A stretch of 59,989 bases of DNA, the filler included. It is 6 parts of 6 records of this genome, joined end to end, with 100 filler letters (N's around TTAATTAATTAA, not from the genome) between each part and the next. Parts side by side here need not be neighbours in the genome. Positions count along the whole stretch, not along the records: positions 13,663 to 29,727 come from SRR31156797_7144; 5 more parts are not named here. One strand, 5' to 3'. The notes below the pieces were generated by a model. It saw nothing but the letters and a program-made list of their open reading frames with translations. It was not told where the DNA came from and did no database searches. The number at the start of each line of letters is the position of its first letter. Positions within the stretch are counted from its first letter, which is position 1. Shown piece by piece: positions 18,026-28,447 of this stretch. The position numbers and the translations under genes are program-made.

Positions 18026-18763
18026 TTATTCTTTATTCCAATGGATGATTTTCCACTCACCATTCAAAGTTTCTACGATCGCAGTACATGATTCTACCCA
18101 ATCACCACAATTTAGATATGCAATTCCATTGATATCTTTCATCTCAGCTTTATGAATATGCCCGCAGACAATTCCATCATACCCATTTTTTTTTGCATGG
18201 GTTGAGAGGAGTTTTTCATAATCATTAATAAAATTTACCGATTTTTTCACATTGTCTTTGATATATTTCGATAAAGACCATTTGGTCTTAATTCGAAAAA
18301 GTTTAAAGATTTTATGAAGTAAAAAGTTAAGATTCAATAAAAGATCATATCCATAATCCCCAATGATAGCAAGCCATTTTTTTGTAAGAGTGATCATATC
18401 AAAAAAATCACCATGGGTAATAAGATATTTTTTCCCATCTACTCCTATATAGTCCATTTGGTTATTTACTTCTAAAGAGTCCCCTAAAAGTAGTGGAGTA
18501 AAAGGCCTTATAAACTCATCATGATTCCCCGTGATGAAGTAGACGTTTGTTCCTTTTTTTGCTTTTTTGAGGATTCTTTGCACTACATTTGAATGGGATT
18601 GATACCAGCGAAATTTTCTTTTTATCGCCCAGCCATCAATGATATCTCCTACTAGAAATAGGTTTTCCGATTCGGTCTTTTTTAAAAAGTCCAGTAACAA
18701 TTCTGCTTGAGAGAACTTTGTTCCTAAGTGTACATCTGATATAAAAATTGATTTATATTTCAT
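18026..18763 (-). CDS. Metallophosphoesterase, PlcP / UDP-2,3-diacylglucosamine diphosphatase family
   Basis: ISDVHLG, LVGDIIDGW, GNHDE, HGDFFD, CGHIH, YLNCGDWVESCTAIVE; start taken at MKYKSIF. Confidence 0.85.
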   Translation of the reverse strand: MKYKSIFISDVHLGTKFSQAELLLDFLKKTESENLFLVGDIIDGWAIKRKFRWYQSHSNVVQRILKKAKKGTNVYFITGNHDEFIRPFTPLLLGDSLEVNNQMDYIGVDGKKYLITHGDFFDMITLTKKWLAIIGDYGYDLLLNLNFLLHKIFKLFRIKTKWSLSKYIKDNVKKSVNFINDYEKLLSTHAKKNGYDGIVCGHIHKAEMKDINGIAYLNCGDWVESCTAIVETLNGEWKIIHWNKE

Positions 18764-18856
18764 GCCTGAAAATGTAGTGAAATAAAATTTCATTTTAGTT
18801 ACAATATAAATAAAATTTATAACCAAACTGTAACCAAAATATCGTATAGTCCCGTC

Positions 18857-20023
18857 ATGGAAAAGAAGAAAATTAAAATAGCACTATTTACAGACACTAT
18901 TTGTGATGCCAATGGAGTATCACGTTTTTTACAAGATATGGCAAAAGAGGCTTTAAAAAAAGAGGATGTTGAGTTTAATATTTTAAGTTCTACAGTGAAA
19001 ACTTATTGTGATACTCTTGAAAATGTTCATATTTTTAAACCTACTTTTAAAATGTTGATGCCATTTTACAAAGAGCTTGATTTAGTTTGGCCACCAGTAT
19101 TTAAGATGGCTAAAAAACTAAAAGAGCTTGATCCTGATGTGGTTCATATCTCAACACCTGGATTTATTGGTTTTGTTGGATTATGTATCGCTATTAGATA
19201 TGGAAAACCAGTAGTTGGAACTTACCATACAGACTTTCCAATGTATCTATATAAAAATACAAACTCTAAGGTAGCAAAAGGGATCACAAGCTTTTTTATG
19301 AGACTTTTTTATTGGAAGTTTAAAGTGATGGCTACACGATCACGTGAATATATTGAAAATATTCATAATGATATAAAATTTAAAAAAGAGAATATCTATT
19401 TTTTACAACCTGGAACCAATATTAAATCATTTGATCCAAAATATTATAATAGAGATAGCTGGAATAACTATAAGATAAATAAAGATTATACAAAATTTTT
19501 ATATGTTGGACGTGCTTCAAAAGAGAAAAATCTCCATGTATTATTTGAATACTGGAAAGAGTTTTATCAAAAGAGTGAACATAAAAGTTCCCATTTAATT
19601 CTTGTAGGAAATGGTGATCTTGAAAAACATAAAGATGAATTGAGTGCTTACAATGTAGTATTCTTAGGACACAAACAAAAAGAGGAGCTTTCAACGATCT
19701 ATGCAAGTAGTGATGTATTTGTTTTTCCATCAACTACAGATACTTTAGGACAAGTAGTCCTTGAAGCAATGGCAAGTAGTACCCCAGTTATTGTAACTGA
19801 TGAGGGTGGACCTTGTGGAATAGTAGAGGGAAGTGAAAAAGAGGTTGGATTTGTAGCAAAAAGCGTAGATAAGCAAAGATGGATCGAGCTTTTTTTAGAT
19901 ATTGAAAATGAGAAAATTGATACAAAAACTATGGGTGAAAATGCTTATACTTATGCACAAGGTTTTTCTATTGAACATACCTTTGATAGTTTTATACAGA
20001 TTAATGCTAAAGCGAAAAAGTAA
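18857..20023 (+). CDS. GT4 glycosyltransferase (glycolipid synthase-like)
   Basis: FTDT...NGVSR, VHISTPG, YHTDFP, YVGRASKEKN, YASSDVFVFPSTTDTLGQVVLEAMAS. Confidence 0.88.
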   Translation: MEKKKIKIALFTDTICDANGVSRFLQDMAKEALKKEDVEFNILSSTVKTYCDTLENVHIFKPTFKMLMPFYKELDLVWPPVFKMAKKLKELDPDVVHISTPGFIGFVGLCIAIRYGKPVVGTYHTDFPMYLYKNTNSKVAKGITSFFMRLFYWKFKVMATRSREYIENIHNDIKFKKENIYFLQPGTNIKSFDPKYYNRDSWNNYKINKDYTKFLYVGRASKEKNLHVLFEYWKEFYQKSEHKSSHLILVGNGDLEKHKDELSAYNVVFLGHKQKEELSTIYASSDVFVFPSTTDTLGQVVLEAMASSTPVIVTDEGGPCGIVEGSEKEVGFVAKSVDKQRWIELFLDIENEKIDTKTMGENAYTYAQGFSIEHTFDSFIQINAKAKK

Positions 20024-20027
20024 AAGC

Positions 20028-20900
20028 CTATAGTAAAAAATATAAAACTAAAGGGATAGATACCAAAGAAAAAATATTTCCCATAGCTACCACTGAAGCT
20101 ACCATTAAAGAATCGTGCTTATAGTTTTCTGCCATAATAGCATTTAAAACCGCAGGCGGTAAAGCTCCAAAAAGTAGTATAAGAGCGATTTGAAGTTCAG
20201 TATAATCAAAGATCCAAATAGCAAGAAGTGCCATAAGTACACCAGTGAGTGGACAAAGGATTGCTCCTAAAATACCTATCTTCCAATATTTAAGCTCAAA
20301 ATGGGACAATCTAACCCCTAAAGAGATAAGGATCAAAGGGATTGAGACTTGTGACATCATCTTTAAAGAGATCAAGATCAATTCAGGTAGATGGATATCA
20401 AGAGCATTAAAACTGAGTCCTAAGATTGTAGCTATAATGACTGGGTTTTTAAGGAGTTGCAAAATATCGAGTTTTCCTCCATACATGGCAACTGCTATGG
20501 TAAACTGTCCAATCACTTGTACAATAGCTAAAGAGATAGCTAAAGACATTGCTTCTTCTCCAAAGGCAAAAAGTGCTAATGGAAGTCCTAAATTAATGGA
20601 GTTATTAAACATCATAGCAGGTAAAAAAGCTCTTACATTGAGGTTGAAATATTTTACGATAGGATATGCTACGATACCAGATCCTAGTACAACTATTATT
20701 CCCCCTAAGGTAAAAGTTCCAAGTTCTTGGATAGAGGGGAGTTGTTCACTTAGATAATAAAAGATAAGTATAGGGATAAAAAGTTCTAGATTTATCTTAT
20801 TTGGGATCTCCATGGAGATCTTTTGTTTTTTTGCATAGATAAATCCTATAAGAGCTATAAATATTACAGGAAATATTATCTCAAAAATTTTTAATATCAT
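20028..20900 (-). CDS. AEC (auxin efflux carrier) family transporter
   Basis: FNNSINLGLPL, LKNPVIIA, IPLILISLG, LPPAV; about 10 TM segments. Confidence 0.88.
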   Translation of the reverse strand: MILKIFEIIFPVIFIALIGFIYAKKQKISMEIPNKINLELFIPILIFYYLSEQLPSIQELGTFTLGGIIVVLGSGIVAYPIVKYFNLNVRAFLPAMMFNNSINLGLPLALFAFGEEAMSLAISLAIVQVIGQFTIAVAMYGGKLDILQLLKNPVIIATILGLSFNALDIHLPELILISLKMMSQVSIPLILISLGVRLSHFELKYWKIGILGAILCPLTGVLMALLAIWIFDYTELQIALILLFGALPPAVLNAIMAENYKHDSLMVASVVAMGNIFSLVSIPLVLYFLL

Positions 20901-20912
20901 CTAAGCAACTAT

Positions 20913-21488
20913 TTAGCGAATATTTTTTTCATCACTTGGAAATAACCAAAAAGAGAACCACTTCGTAAATCTTGGCATTAAGATATAAGTCATCATAGGC
21001 ATAAGTACAGCAGTTACTACAAAAGTTCTAAGAAGTAAAGGTAGCTCTGCTAGATATGTTCCAAATAAAAAGAAAATCAATGTAACAGCAGGATATAATG
21101 CTAACCAACTAATAAGTGTAATTTTATATTTTTTTGGTGCTTTAGCTTTTTGTTTCCCAGGAAGAGTAAGCCAAGTTACAAGCCCTAAAGAGGTACTTAC
21201 TTTACTCTCCTCTTTTAATAGGGGGTCTATCTTTTTTATTAATTCCAATCTTTCATTAGAGTTTATCCAACTATCAAGGTTTTCTTGGGAGTCAAATTTA
21301 TATATGATCCTATACTCAGGATCATCATGAGAGCTTGGTTGAAACATAACAGCACCTAAATGACCAACAAATTCATCTGCTGCTTTTGTTAGCTCAGTAC
21401 TTAAACGCTCAAAATCCTCTTCATAACCCTCTTTAACCCTTCTTGAAACAACAACAGTTACTATTGAGTCTTGATCTTTTTTATCCAT
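20913..21488 (-). CDS. Antibiotic biosynthesis monooxygenase (ABM) domain protein with two C-terminal TM helices
   Basis: VTVVVSRRVKEGYEEDFE, YKFDSQENLDSWINSNER, PKKYKITLISWLALYP, MTYILMPRFTK. Confidence 0.82.
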   Translation of the reverse strand: MDKKDQDSIVTVVVSRRVKEGYEEDFERLSTELTKAADEFVGHLGAVMFQPSSHDDPEYRIIYKFDSQENLDSWINSNERLELIKKIDPLLKEESKVSTSLGLVTWLTLPGKQKAKAPKKYKITLISWLALYPAVTLIFFLFGTYLAELPLLLRTFVVTAVLMPMMTYILMPRFTKWFSFWLFPSDEKNIR

Positions 21489-22431
21489 TTTTCAACTCCT
21501 TATTGTATGTAAATTCAAGTAAAGTAGCGATAGTTCGAGTATATGGAGCATCGATATTTTGAAGTTCACAGTTTTTAATAACCACTCCACAGATCTCATC
21601 AAGTTCTAATTCTCTTTTATGTTCCACATCTACTAACATTGAAGGTTTGATAGAATCAAAGTGTGTGATCAATTCAAACATCCCATCAATATCTTCTTTT
21701 GAGATCTCTACACCTGCTACTTTAGAAGCACTAGCAGTTTCTAACATCAATCCATAAACTATTTTAGAGAGTTTTTCATTTCCCATCAAAACACCAGTTT
21801 TGATCTTCAATAATGCACAGATTGCATTGACTCCATTATTGATAATAAGTTTTTTCCAAAGCTCTTTTTTTATATCGTGTGTAATCTCACAGGAGATATC
21901 ACACGCTTCTATCGCTTTTGAAAAATTCTCTAAAAAAGTTTTTCCTTTTTTTGTTTCTTGTAATAAGCCTACAATAGTTTCAACATCTCCAGTGGCTTCT
22001 ATGATCCCAGGTTTAATAATATGAGCTCCAATTTTACGGGTAAGTCCACCGATGATCTTATCTCTAGGAAAATATTCACATAAAATATCTTCATTTTCCA
22101 CACCATTTTGTAGTGAGATAATAAAGGGGGTATTATCTTCACTAAAAATGGATACTAACTCTTTACTAATAAGTTTCGTTGAGGTTGATTTAGTAGTGAG
22201 TAGTATTGCATCAATTGGTTGAGAAGAACCAATCGATTTATAAGAGTCAATATCCATGATATTGACTTTTTGATCAAATGAAAATCGTGGGTGCCTTAAG
22301 TGTAGGCCGTTTAGATGAATTGATTGTAAATGAGCACCTCTGGCTATGAAAATTACTTCGTGTCCAGAGTTTAGGAGTTTGGTACCATAATAGGAGCCTA
22401 CACCGCCAGCACCCACGATTAAAAATCTCAT
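21481..22431 (-). CDS. panE: Ketopantoate reductase family protein
   Basis: GAGGVG, SLQNGV, WKKLIINNGVN (catalytic Lys), SMLVD...ELDEICG (catalytic Glu). Confidence 0.8.
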   Translation of the reverse strand: MRFLIVGAGGVGSYYGTKLLNSGHEVIFIARGAHLQSIHLNGLHLRHPRFSFDQKVNIMDIDSYKSIGSSQPIDAILLTTKSTSTKLISKELVSIFSEDNTPFIISLQNGVENEDILCEYFPRDKIIGGLTRKIGAHIIKPGIIEATGDVETIVGLLQETKKGKTFLENFSKAIEACDISCEITHDIKKELWKKLIINNGVNAICALLKIKTGVLMGNEKLSKIVYGLMLETASASKVAGVEISKEDIDGMFELITHFDSIKPSMLVDVEHKRELELDEICGVVIKNCELQNIDAPYTRTIATLLEFTYNKELKNG

Positions 22432-22440
22432 TGTCTACGT

Positions 22441-23262
22441 CTACGCTTCACTAAAAAAATCAAATAATAGTTTGTTAAATCTATCTTTATGTTCAATTTG
22501 ACTCCAGTGTCCACACTCTCCAAATGTATGTAATTGTGATTTTTTGATAAGGTGATGTAATCTTGTTGAGTTTTCAAAAGGGATCACTTTATCCTCTCTT
22601 CCATGGATGATTAATACATCTTTTTCTATTTTTGCAATATCAGCTTCATCACTAGCCATAGCAGTTACTGAAGATTGTCTTGGAGCTGGGAACATTGAGC
22701 TAAAAGATTCTTGAAAACCAGGTCTTATACTAGCATCATATCTAAGTTTTGCTAATTCATCAGTTACTAATACTCTACTGTATGCAAAAGTATCAAGTAA
22801 TGATCTCATATTTTCTAAGCTAGGTGTATATCCCCATGCTTGGTCTAAACCATCAGTGATAGGAAATTCGATCCCCATAGCTCCCATAAGCACTATTTTG
22901 TTGAATTTTTCAGGGTATTTAATAGCTAAACTTAAAGCTAGTGCTCCACCAAAAGAGTTTCCTACTAGATTTACTTTTTCTAGGTTTAAAGCATCCATCA
23001 AGTCAATAATTTGTTGTACCCAAACATCCATACCATATTTGATACCCTCTGGTCTATCTGAAAAACCAAATCCAACCATATCAGGTGCAATTACTCTAAA
23101 CTTTTTTGCAAGTTCTGGGATACATAATCTCCAATTTGCAAATGCTGATACACCTGGACCTGAACCATGGATGAAAATCACAACTTCACCATTCCCCTCA
23201 TCATGATAGTTTGTATTAAAACTTCCTGTTTTTATATTATTTGCTATTTCTGGGTTTGACAT
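22441..23262 (-). CDS. dmpD: 2-hydroxymuconic semialdehyde hydrolase (XylF/DmpD)
   Basis: HGSGPGVSAFANWR, nucleophile elbow GNSFGG, HGREDKVIP, CGHWSQIEH; operon context. Confidence 0.92.
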   Translation of the reverse strand: MSNPEIANNIKTGSFNTNYHDEGNGEVVIFIHGSGPGVSAFANWRLCIPELAKKFRVIAPDMVGFGFSDRPEGIKYGMDVWVQQIIDLMDALNLEKVNLVGNSFGGALALSLAIKYPEKFNKIVLMGAMGIEFPITDGLDQAWGYTPSLENMRSLLDTFAYSRVLVTDELAKLRYDASIRPGFQESFSSMFPAPRQSSVTAMASDEADIAKIEKDVLIIHGREDKVIPFENSTRLHHLIKKSQLHTFGECGHWSQIEHKDRFNKLLFDFFSEA

Positions 23263-23337
23263 TTTTTTTCCTTTTCTTGTAATTGTTGTATTTATTTTAT
23301 TGATAAAATTGTACTTGTTTTATTACGATTTTATCGA

Positions 23338-23529
23338 CTATCTTCCTAGTTTTTTTGCACTTTTACCTGCTATACCATAATGTTGTTTTGGCATCTCATT
23401 GAGAATCACTCGTATTGTTTCAACAGGAGCATCAAGGGATTCATGGATCGCTTGAGTCACTTTTTGAATAAGAAGCTCTTTTTTCTTATCATCTCGTCCT
23501 TCAATGATATTTATAGTGGCAATTGGCAT
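23338..23529 (-). CDS. dmpI: 4-oxalocrotonate tautomerase (XylH/DmpI)
   Basis: Catalytic N-terminal Pro (MPIATINIIEGR), 63 aa, HYGIAG. Confidence 0.93.
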   Translation of the reverse strand: MPIATINIIEGRDDKKKELLIQKVTQAIHESLDAPVETIRVILNEMPKQHYGIAGKSAKKLGR

Positions 23530-23538
23530 AAAAATCCT

Positions 23539-24327
23539 TTATACAAATTTCATCGATAATGATCCAAGGTCTTGAAACTTCACTGTTACATTATCACCTT
23601 TTTTTACACCTACGGCTTCAGTAATCCCACCAGAGAGTATAAAAGTTCCCGCTTTTAAAACTTCACCTCTTTTGCTTAACATATTTGCAAGCATCGCAAT
23701 AGAGGTAGCAGGATGACCAAGAACAGCTGCTCCTGCTCCAAGTTGCACGATCTCACCATTGATCTGCATCACTACCCCTAAAGTTTTAAGATCAAGATCT
23801 TTGATATCTCTTATTTTAGAACCAGTGGCATATCTTGCTGAAGAGGAGTTATCAGCGATCACTGATTTTAAATCAAAGTTATAATCTTTATATCTTGAGT
23901 CTATCACTTCAATTGCTGGCATGATAAAATCTGTAGCAGCCAAAACATCACCTATATGACATCCAGGTCCACTAAGATCTTCTTTTAAAACAAAAGCAAT
24001 TTCAGGTTCAACTTTTGGATGGATCAACTCATCGCTATTGATCTGTGCTCCATCTCCATAAGCAAAATAATCTGCTAAATATCCATAACAAGGCTCTGAA
24101 ACATTCATCTGTTTCATTTTAGCTTTGGAGGTAAGTCCCATCTTCATCCCAACGATCTTTGTCCCTCTTGCTTCTTTGGCAGCTCTTGCAGTCCATTGGA
24201 TATTATATGCATCTTCATAGCTCATGTCAGGATACTCATCTGTGAGCTTTGTGATCTCAGTTGCGTTTAATTCGGCGTTTTCACAATGGATGGCAAGCTT
24301 TTCTATAATAGATTTGTCCAGTGCCAT
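23539..24327 (-). CDS. dmpH: 4-oxalocrotonate decarboxylase (XylI/DmpH)
   Basis: KMGLTSKAKMKQM, LIHPKVEPEIAF, EVIDSRY, VIADNSSSAR, ILSGGITEA. Confidence 0.92.
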   Translation of the reverse strand: MALDKSIIEKLAIHCENAELNATEITKLTDEYPDMSYEDAYNIQWTARAAKEARGTKIVGMKMGLTSKAKMKQMNVSEPCYGYLADYFAYGDGAQINSDELIHPKVEPEIAFVLKEDLSGPGCHIGDVLAATDFIMPAIEVIDSRYKDYNFDLKSVIADNSSSARYATGSKIRDIKDLDLKTLGVVMQINGEIVQLGAGAAVLGHPATSIAMLANMLSKRGEVLKAGTFILSGGITEAVGVKKGDNVTVKFQDLGSLSMKFV

Positions 24328-25355
24328 TATGCTAACCCTTTTTGTTTCACCATCTCTAAAGCCATATCTTCGATCATATCTTCTTGACCTCCAACTGTTC
24401 CTCTTTTTCCAAGCTCAACTAAAATAGATCGTGCATCGATTCCATATTTTTCTTCTGCTCTTCTAGCAAAAAGTAAAAATGATGAATACACTCCAGCATA
24501 TCCAAGAGTTAAAGAGTCTCTAGAGATTCTTGTAGGTTTTCCCATAATTGGAAGTGCAATATCTTCTGCTGCATCTTCTATTTTATTGAGATCAATTCCA
24601 GTCTCCACACCCATTCTATCAAGTACTGCAACTAATACTTCAATCGCTGTATTTCCTGAACCTGCTCCAAATCCAGCTAAGGCCGCATCGATTCTTGAAG
24701 CTCCTGCTTCAATCGCTGCAATTGAGTTTGCTACACCCATTGACATATTATTATGTCCGTGGAAACCTATCTCTATCTCATCTCCAAACTCTTGTTTAAG
24801 CGCATCGATTCTTACTCTTACATCTTCAGGAAGCATATATCCAGCTGAGTCTGTAGAGTAGATACAATTAGCTCCATACGATACCATAAGCTTAGCTTGT
24901 TCTACGATCTTCTTTTCATCGATCATATGAGACATCATCAAAAATCCAACCGTATCAAGACCAAGCTCTCTTCCTTTTTTGATATGTTGTAAAGAAACAT
25001 CTGCTTCGGTACAGTGAGTTGCGACTCTAATTGAAGAGATCCCTTTTTCAACTGCACGCTCAAGATCTTTTACAATACCAATCCCTGGAAGTAATAGGGC
25101 AGATACTTTTGTGTTTTTAACATTTTTTACAGCAGTCTCTATCCACTCTTCATTGGTATGAAGACCAAATCCATAGTTCACAGAAGATCCACCTAGTCCA
25201 TCTCCATGAGTTACTTCGATCATAGGCACCCCAGCATCATCAAGTGCAGTAGACATAGCTTTGATTTGATCAAGTGTAAATTGATGTCGAATAGAATGCA
25301 TTCCATCTCTTAAAGACATATCGTGAATAGTTACTTTTTTCCCTTTTAAATTCAT
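24327..25355 (-). CDS. dmpG: 4-hydroxy-2-oxovalerate aldolase
   Basis: [57 protein letters not shown]. Confidence 0.95.
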   Translation of the reverse strand: MNLKGKKVTIHDMSLRDGMHSIRHQFTLDQIKAMSTALDDAGVPMIEVTHGDGLGGSSVNYGFGLHTNEEWIETAVKNVKNTKVSALLLPGIGIVKDLERAVEKGISSIRVATHCTEADVSLQHIKKGRELGLDTVGFLMMSHMIDEKKIVEQAKLMVSYGANCIYSTDSAGYMLPEDVRVRIDALKQEFGDEIEIGFHGHNNMSMGVANSIAAIEAGASRIDAALAGFGAGSGNTAIEVLVAVLDRMGVETGIDLNKIEDAAEDIALPIMGKPTRISRDSLTLGYAGVYSSFLLFARRAEEKYGIDARSILVELGKRGTVGGQEDMIEDMALEMVKQKGLA

Positions 25356-25358
25356 AAT

Positions 25359-26243
25359 TTACCCCTTTGATTTAATTTTCATAGCCATTTGTTGGGCAAT
25401 ATTTGTTGCAGCTGCGGTGATAATATCAAGGTTTCCTGCATATTTAGGAAGATAATCACCTAATCCCTCAACCTCTAAAAACATAGAGACTCTATTTCCA
25501 TCAAATACTGGACCATTTTTAAGCTGATACCCAGGGACAAATTTTTGTACCTCTTTGATCATATTATGGATCGATTCTGTAATTGCTTCAACATCTGGTT
25601 CATCTGTTGTTAAACAGTGAACCGTATCTCTCATCATTAAAGGAGGCTCAGCTGGGTTTAGGATAATAATAGCTTTCCCTTTTTCAACATTTCCAACTTT
25701 TTCAATGGCTACTGAAGTAGTCTCTGTAAACTCATCAATATTTGCTCTTGTTCCAGGACCTGCAGATTTTGAAGAGATAGTCGCAACGATCTCAGCATAT
25801 TTTACATCTTGAACTCTAGAAACTGCAGCTACCATAGGGATAGTTGCTTGTCCTCCACACGTTACCATATTTACATTTTTTGCATCTCTTTCTAAAAGCT
25901 CTTGCATATTAACAGAAGGTACACAAAAAGGTCCAATAGCAGCTGGCGTTAGGTCAATGACCATCACCCCTTTTTCTTGTAGTTTTCTATTGTTTTCAGC
26001 GTGAACATAGGCAGAAGTTGCATCAAAAGCGATTTTGACTTCATCCTCTTCAATAAAAGGAAGCATCCCATCAACCCCTTCAAAAGTGGTTTTAAGACCA
26101 TGCTCTTTTGCTCTTTTTAAGCCATCTGAATCAGGATCGATCCCAACCATCCATACAGGATTTAAGATCTCATTTCTTTCTAGTTTATACATTAAGTCTG
26201 TACCAATATTTCCAGACCCTATCAATGCACAGTTTATTTTCAT
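25359..26243 (-). CDS. dmpF: Acetaldehyde dehydrogenase (acylating)
   Basis: [37 protein letters not shown]. Confidence 0.95.
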   Translation of the reverse strand: MKINCALIGSGNIGTDLMYKLERNEILNPVWMVGIDPDSDGLKRAKEHGLKTTFEGVDGMLPFIEEDEVKIAFDATSAYVHAENNRKLQEKGVMVIDLTPAAIGPFCVPSVNMQELLERDAKNVNMVTCGGQATIPMVAAVSRVQDVKYAEIVATISSKSAGPGTRANIDEFTETTSVAIEKVGNVEKGKAIIILNPAEPPLMMRDTVHCLTTDEPDVEAITESIHNMIKEVQKFVPGYQLKNGPVFDGNRVSMFLEVEGLGDYLPKYAGNLDIITAAATNIAQQMAMKIKSKG

Positions 26244-26253
26244 GCCATATCCT

Positions 26254-27039
26254 TTATACAAATCTACATGAGGCAGAACCTATTCCACCTATATTAATTG
26301 TCATATTATCACCTGATTTTATAGGAACCATTGCACATAATGCTCCTGATAAGATCACTTCGCCAGCTTTGAGACCAACACCAAACTCACCGAGTTTATT
26401 TGCAAGCCATGCCACTGCGTTGACTGGACTTCCAAGTGCTGCAGCTCCTGCTCCTGTGTGGAGTAGCTCTCCATTTGCTTCTAATGTTAATCCACACGTT
26501 GTAAGATCAATCTCTCTAGGATCAACACCTTGACCACCAAATACAATATATCCACAAGATGCATTATCAGCTACTGTGTCTTGAATCTTGATCTTCCAAT
26601 CTTTGATCCGTGAATCCACGATCTCAAAGCAAGGCATTACAAACTTTGTAGCTTTTAATACATCTGCATTGGTAACACCTGGCCCCATAAGATCTTCTTT
26701 TAAAACAAAAGCGATCTCACCCTCAGCTTTTGGTTGGATCATAGTACTTGTAACATCAATGAGATCTCCATCACTATAGATCATATCTGAAAGCAGATAC
26801 CCAAAGTCTGGCTGATCAACACCAAGCATATCCATAACAGCTTTTGAGGTTACCCCGATTTTTTTACCGATGATCTTATTTCCCTCTGAGAGTCTTTTTT
26901 GTATCAAAACATCTTGTATCGCATAGGCATCTTCAATTGTGATATCTGGTTCTCTTGTAGTAAAAGGATCGATCGCTTTACAAGATTTGAGTGAGTTATA
27001 TAACTCTTCACCATATTGCTCTATTTTTGTTCTTTCCAT
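26254..27039 (-). CDS. dmpE: 2-oxopent-4-enoate hydratase (XylJ/DmpE)
   Basis: [49 protein letters not shown]. Confidence 0.93.
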   Translation of the reverse strand: MERTKIEQYGEELYNSLKSCKAIDPFTTREPDITIEDAYAIQDVLIQKRLSEGNKIIGKKIGVTSKAVMDMLGVDQPDFGYLLSDMIYSDGDLIDVTSTMIQPKAEGEIAFVLKEDLMGPGVTNADVLKATKFVMPCFEIVDSRIKDWKIKIQDTVADNASCGYIVFGGQGVDPREIDLTTCGLTLEANGELLHTGAGAAALGSPVNAVAWLANKLGEFGVGLKAGEVILSGALCAMVPIKSGDNMTINIGGIGSASCRFV

Positions 27040-27057
27040 TAAATATACCTTGTCTTT

Positions 27058-27483
27058 TTATTTTAAACCTATTTGTTCTAGTGCATATTGTGCACAAATG
27101 ATATCTTCCTCTTCTGTTCCACCAGAGACTCCAATAGCTCCTATTTTCACATCTTCATAAACAATTGGTAAGCCACCACCAAAAGGGATAAGACGATCTC
27201 TGTTTGAAAACCCATGCTCTAAGTGTGGTGCATCTTTAAAGATATCTGTCCACGTACCAGTAGGAAATCCAAAACTTGCACTTGTATAGGCTTTGTTTTT
27301 TGCAATATCTATTGAATGGATAAAAGAGTCTTCCATTCTTAAAAATGCCATCTCTAAGCCTTTATTATCAACAACAGATACATTGATATTGATACCTAAT
27401 TCTTCTGCCTTTTTAACTGCAAAAAGACAAGCCTCCATTGAAGCTTGTCTTGTGATGCTTTTTTGTGTAACTACTGTAGTCAT
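27058..27483 (-). CDS. GlcG/HbpS family heme-binding protein
   Basis: SVVD..G, SIDIAKNKAYTS, FGGGLPI, GAIGVSGGTEEED; start at MTTVV, 2 bp after the xylE stop. Confidence 0.88.
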   Translation of the reverse strand: MTTVVTQKSITRQASMEACLFAVKKAEELGININVSVVDNKGLEMAFLRMEDSFIHSIDIAKNKAYTSASFGFPTGTWTDIFKDAPHLEHGFSNRDRLIPFGGGLPIVYEDVKIGAIGVSGGTEEEDIICAQYALEQIGLK

Positions 27484-27485
27484 AG

Positions 27486-28430
27486 CTATTTGTACGCCGC
27501 CAATGTATATGCTGACGTAAACGCACCAACCTCTTGACCTGTATGGTAGAAGATTCCTCTCCATAAGTTATCCTCATCCCAAGTAATAACTGGGATATCA
27601 GGCTGTACAAAATACCCAAGTCCTGCAAAGGTTTCTAGTCTATGTCCTGATGGGTCAAAGAAATAGATCGTTTCCCCTCTAGTGATTCCATGTCGTTGTG
27701 GGGTAAGATCCATTTTTACTTCATTCATAGCCATCACATCAGCGGCTCTTAAAATATCATTCCATCCATCTAAGAAAAAGGCAATATGGTGTAGACCAAC
27801 TTCAGGTCCAGCAACAAAAGCGATATCATGTGGAGTACTTGAACAACTAAGCCAAGTTGCTGCTTGGAGTGAACCATCTGGTCCAGCTGTTACTTGCTCT
27901 GTTAAAGTAAAATCAAATACCTCTTGGAAGAATTTTGTCACTTCCATAACAGCTTCTGGTCCTTGACACATTAATAATGAATGATCAAGCCAGTGTGCTT
28001 TGATCCCTTTTCCATTGATTGGCCATGGAGCAGGATTTGTTACCCCTACATCTTTTCCTACAAATGATTTTTCAGCATATAGATCAAAAGTGTGTCCACT
28101 TGGGAGTGTCATTGTAAGCACTCTTCCACACTCTGCAATCTCACCTTCGGGTAAAAAAGTAACACTTAACCCATAATTTTCAATTTTTTCTTTTAAATCG
28201 TCTAGATCCGCATCAAATCTAACTTTAAAGGCAATTCTATTAAAAGTTGCTTCTTCGCTAGGTCTTAAAATAAGACTATATTTATCCCACTCATCCCAAC
28301 ATTTTAAATATATTGTTCCATCAGCATCTTCTCTTGTGACAGTCATACCCATAATATTTTCATAATAGTCTCTAGATTCTTTAATGTCTAATACATTAAT
28401 ATCAACGTGTCCAATTCTAATTATTCCCAT
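27486..28430 (-). CDS. xylE: Catechol 2,3-dioxygenase
   Basis: MGIIRIGHV, YLKCWDEWDKYS, WLDH, HDIAF, LHHIAF, RHGITRGETIYFFDPSGHRLE (Fe ligands His/His/Glu). Confidence 0.95.
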   Translation of the reverse strand: MGIIRIGHVDINVLDIKESRDYYENIMGMTVTREDADGTIYLKCWDEWDKYSLILRPSEEATFNRIAFKVRFDADLDDLKEKIENYGLSVTFLPEGEIAECGRVLTMTLPSGHTFDLYAEKSFVGKDVGVTNPAPWPINGKGIKAHWLDHSLLMCQGPEAVMEVTKFFQEVFDFTLTEQVTAGPDGSLQAATWLSCSSTPHDIAFVAGPEVGLHHIAFFLDGWNDILRAADVMAMNEVKMDLTPQRHGITRGETIYFFDPSGHRLETFAGLGYFVQPDIPVITWDEDNLWRGIFYHTGQEVGAFTSAYTLAAYK

Positions 28431-28447
28431 CGTTAAACTCCTGTTTT

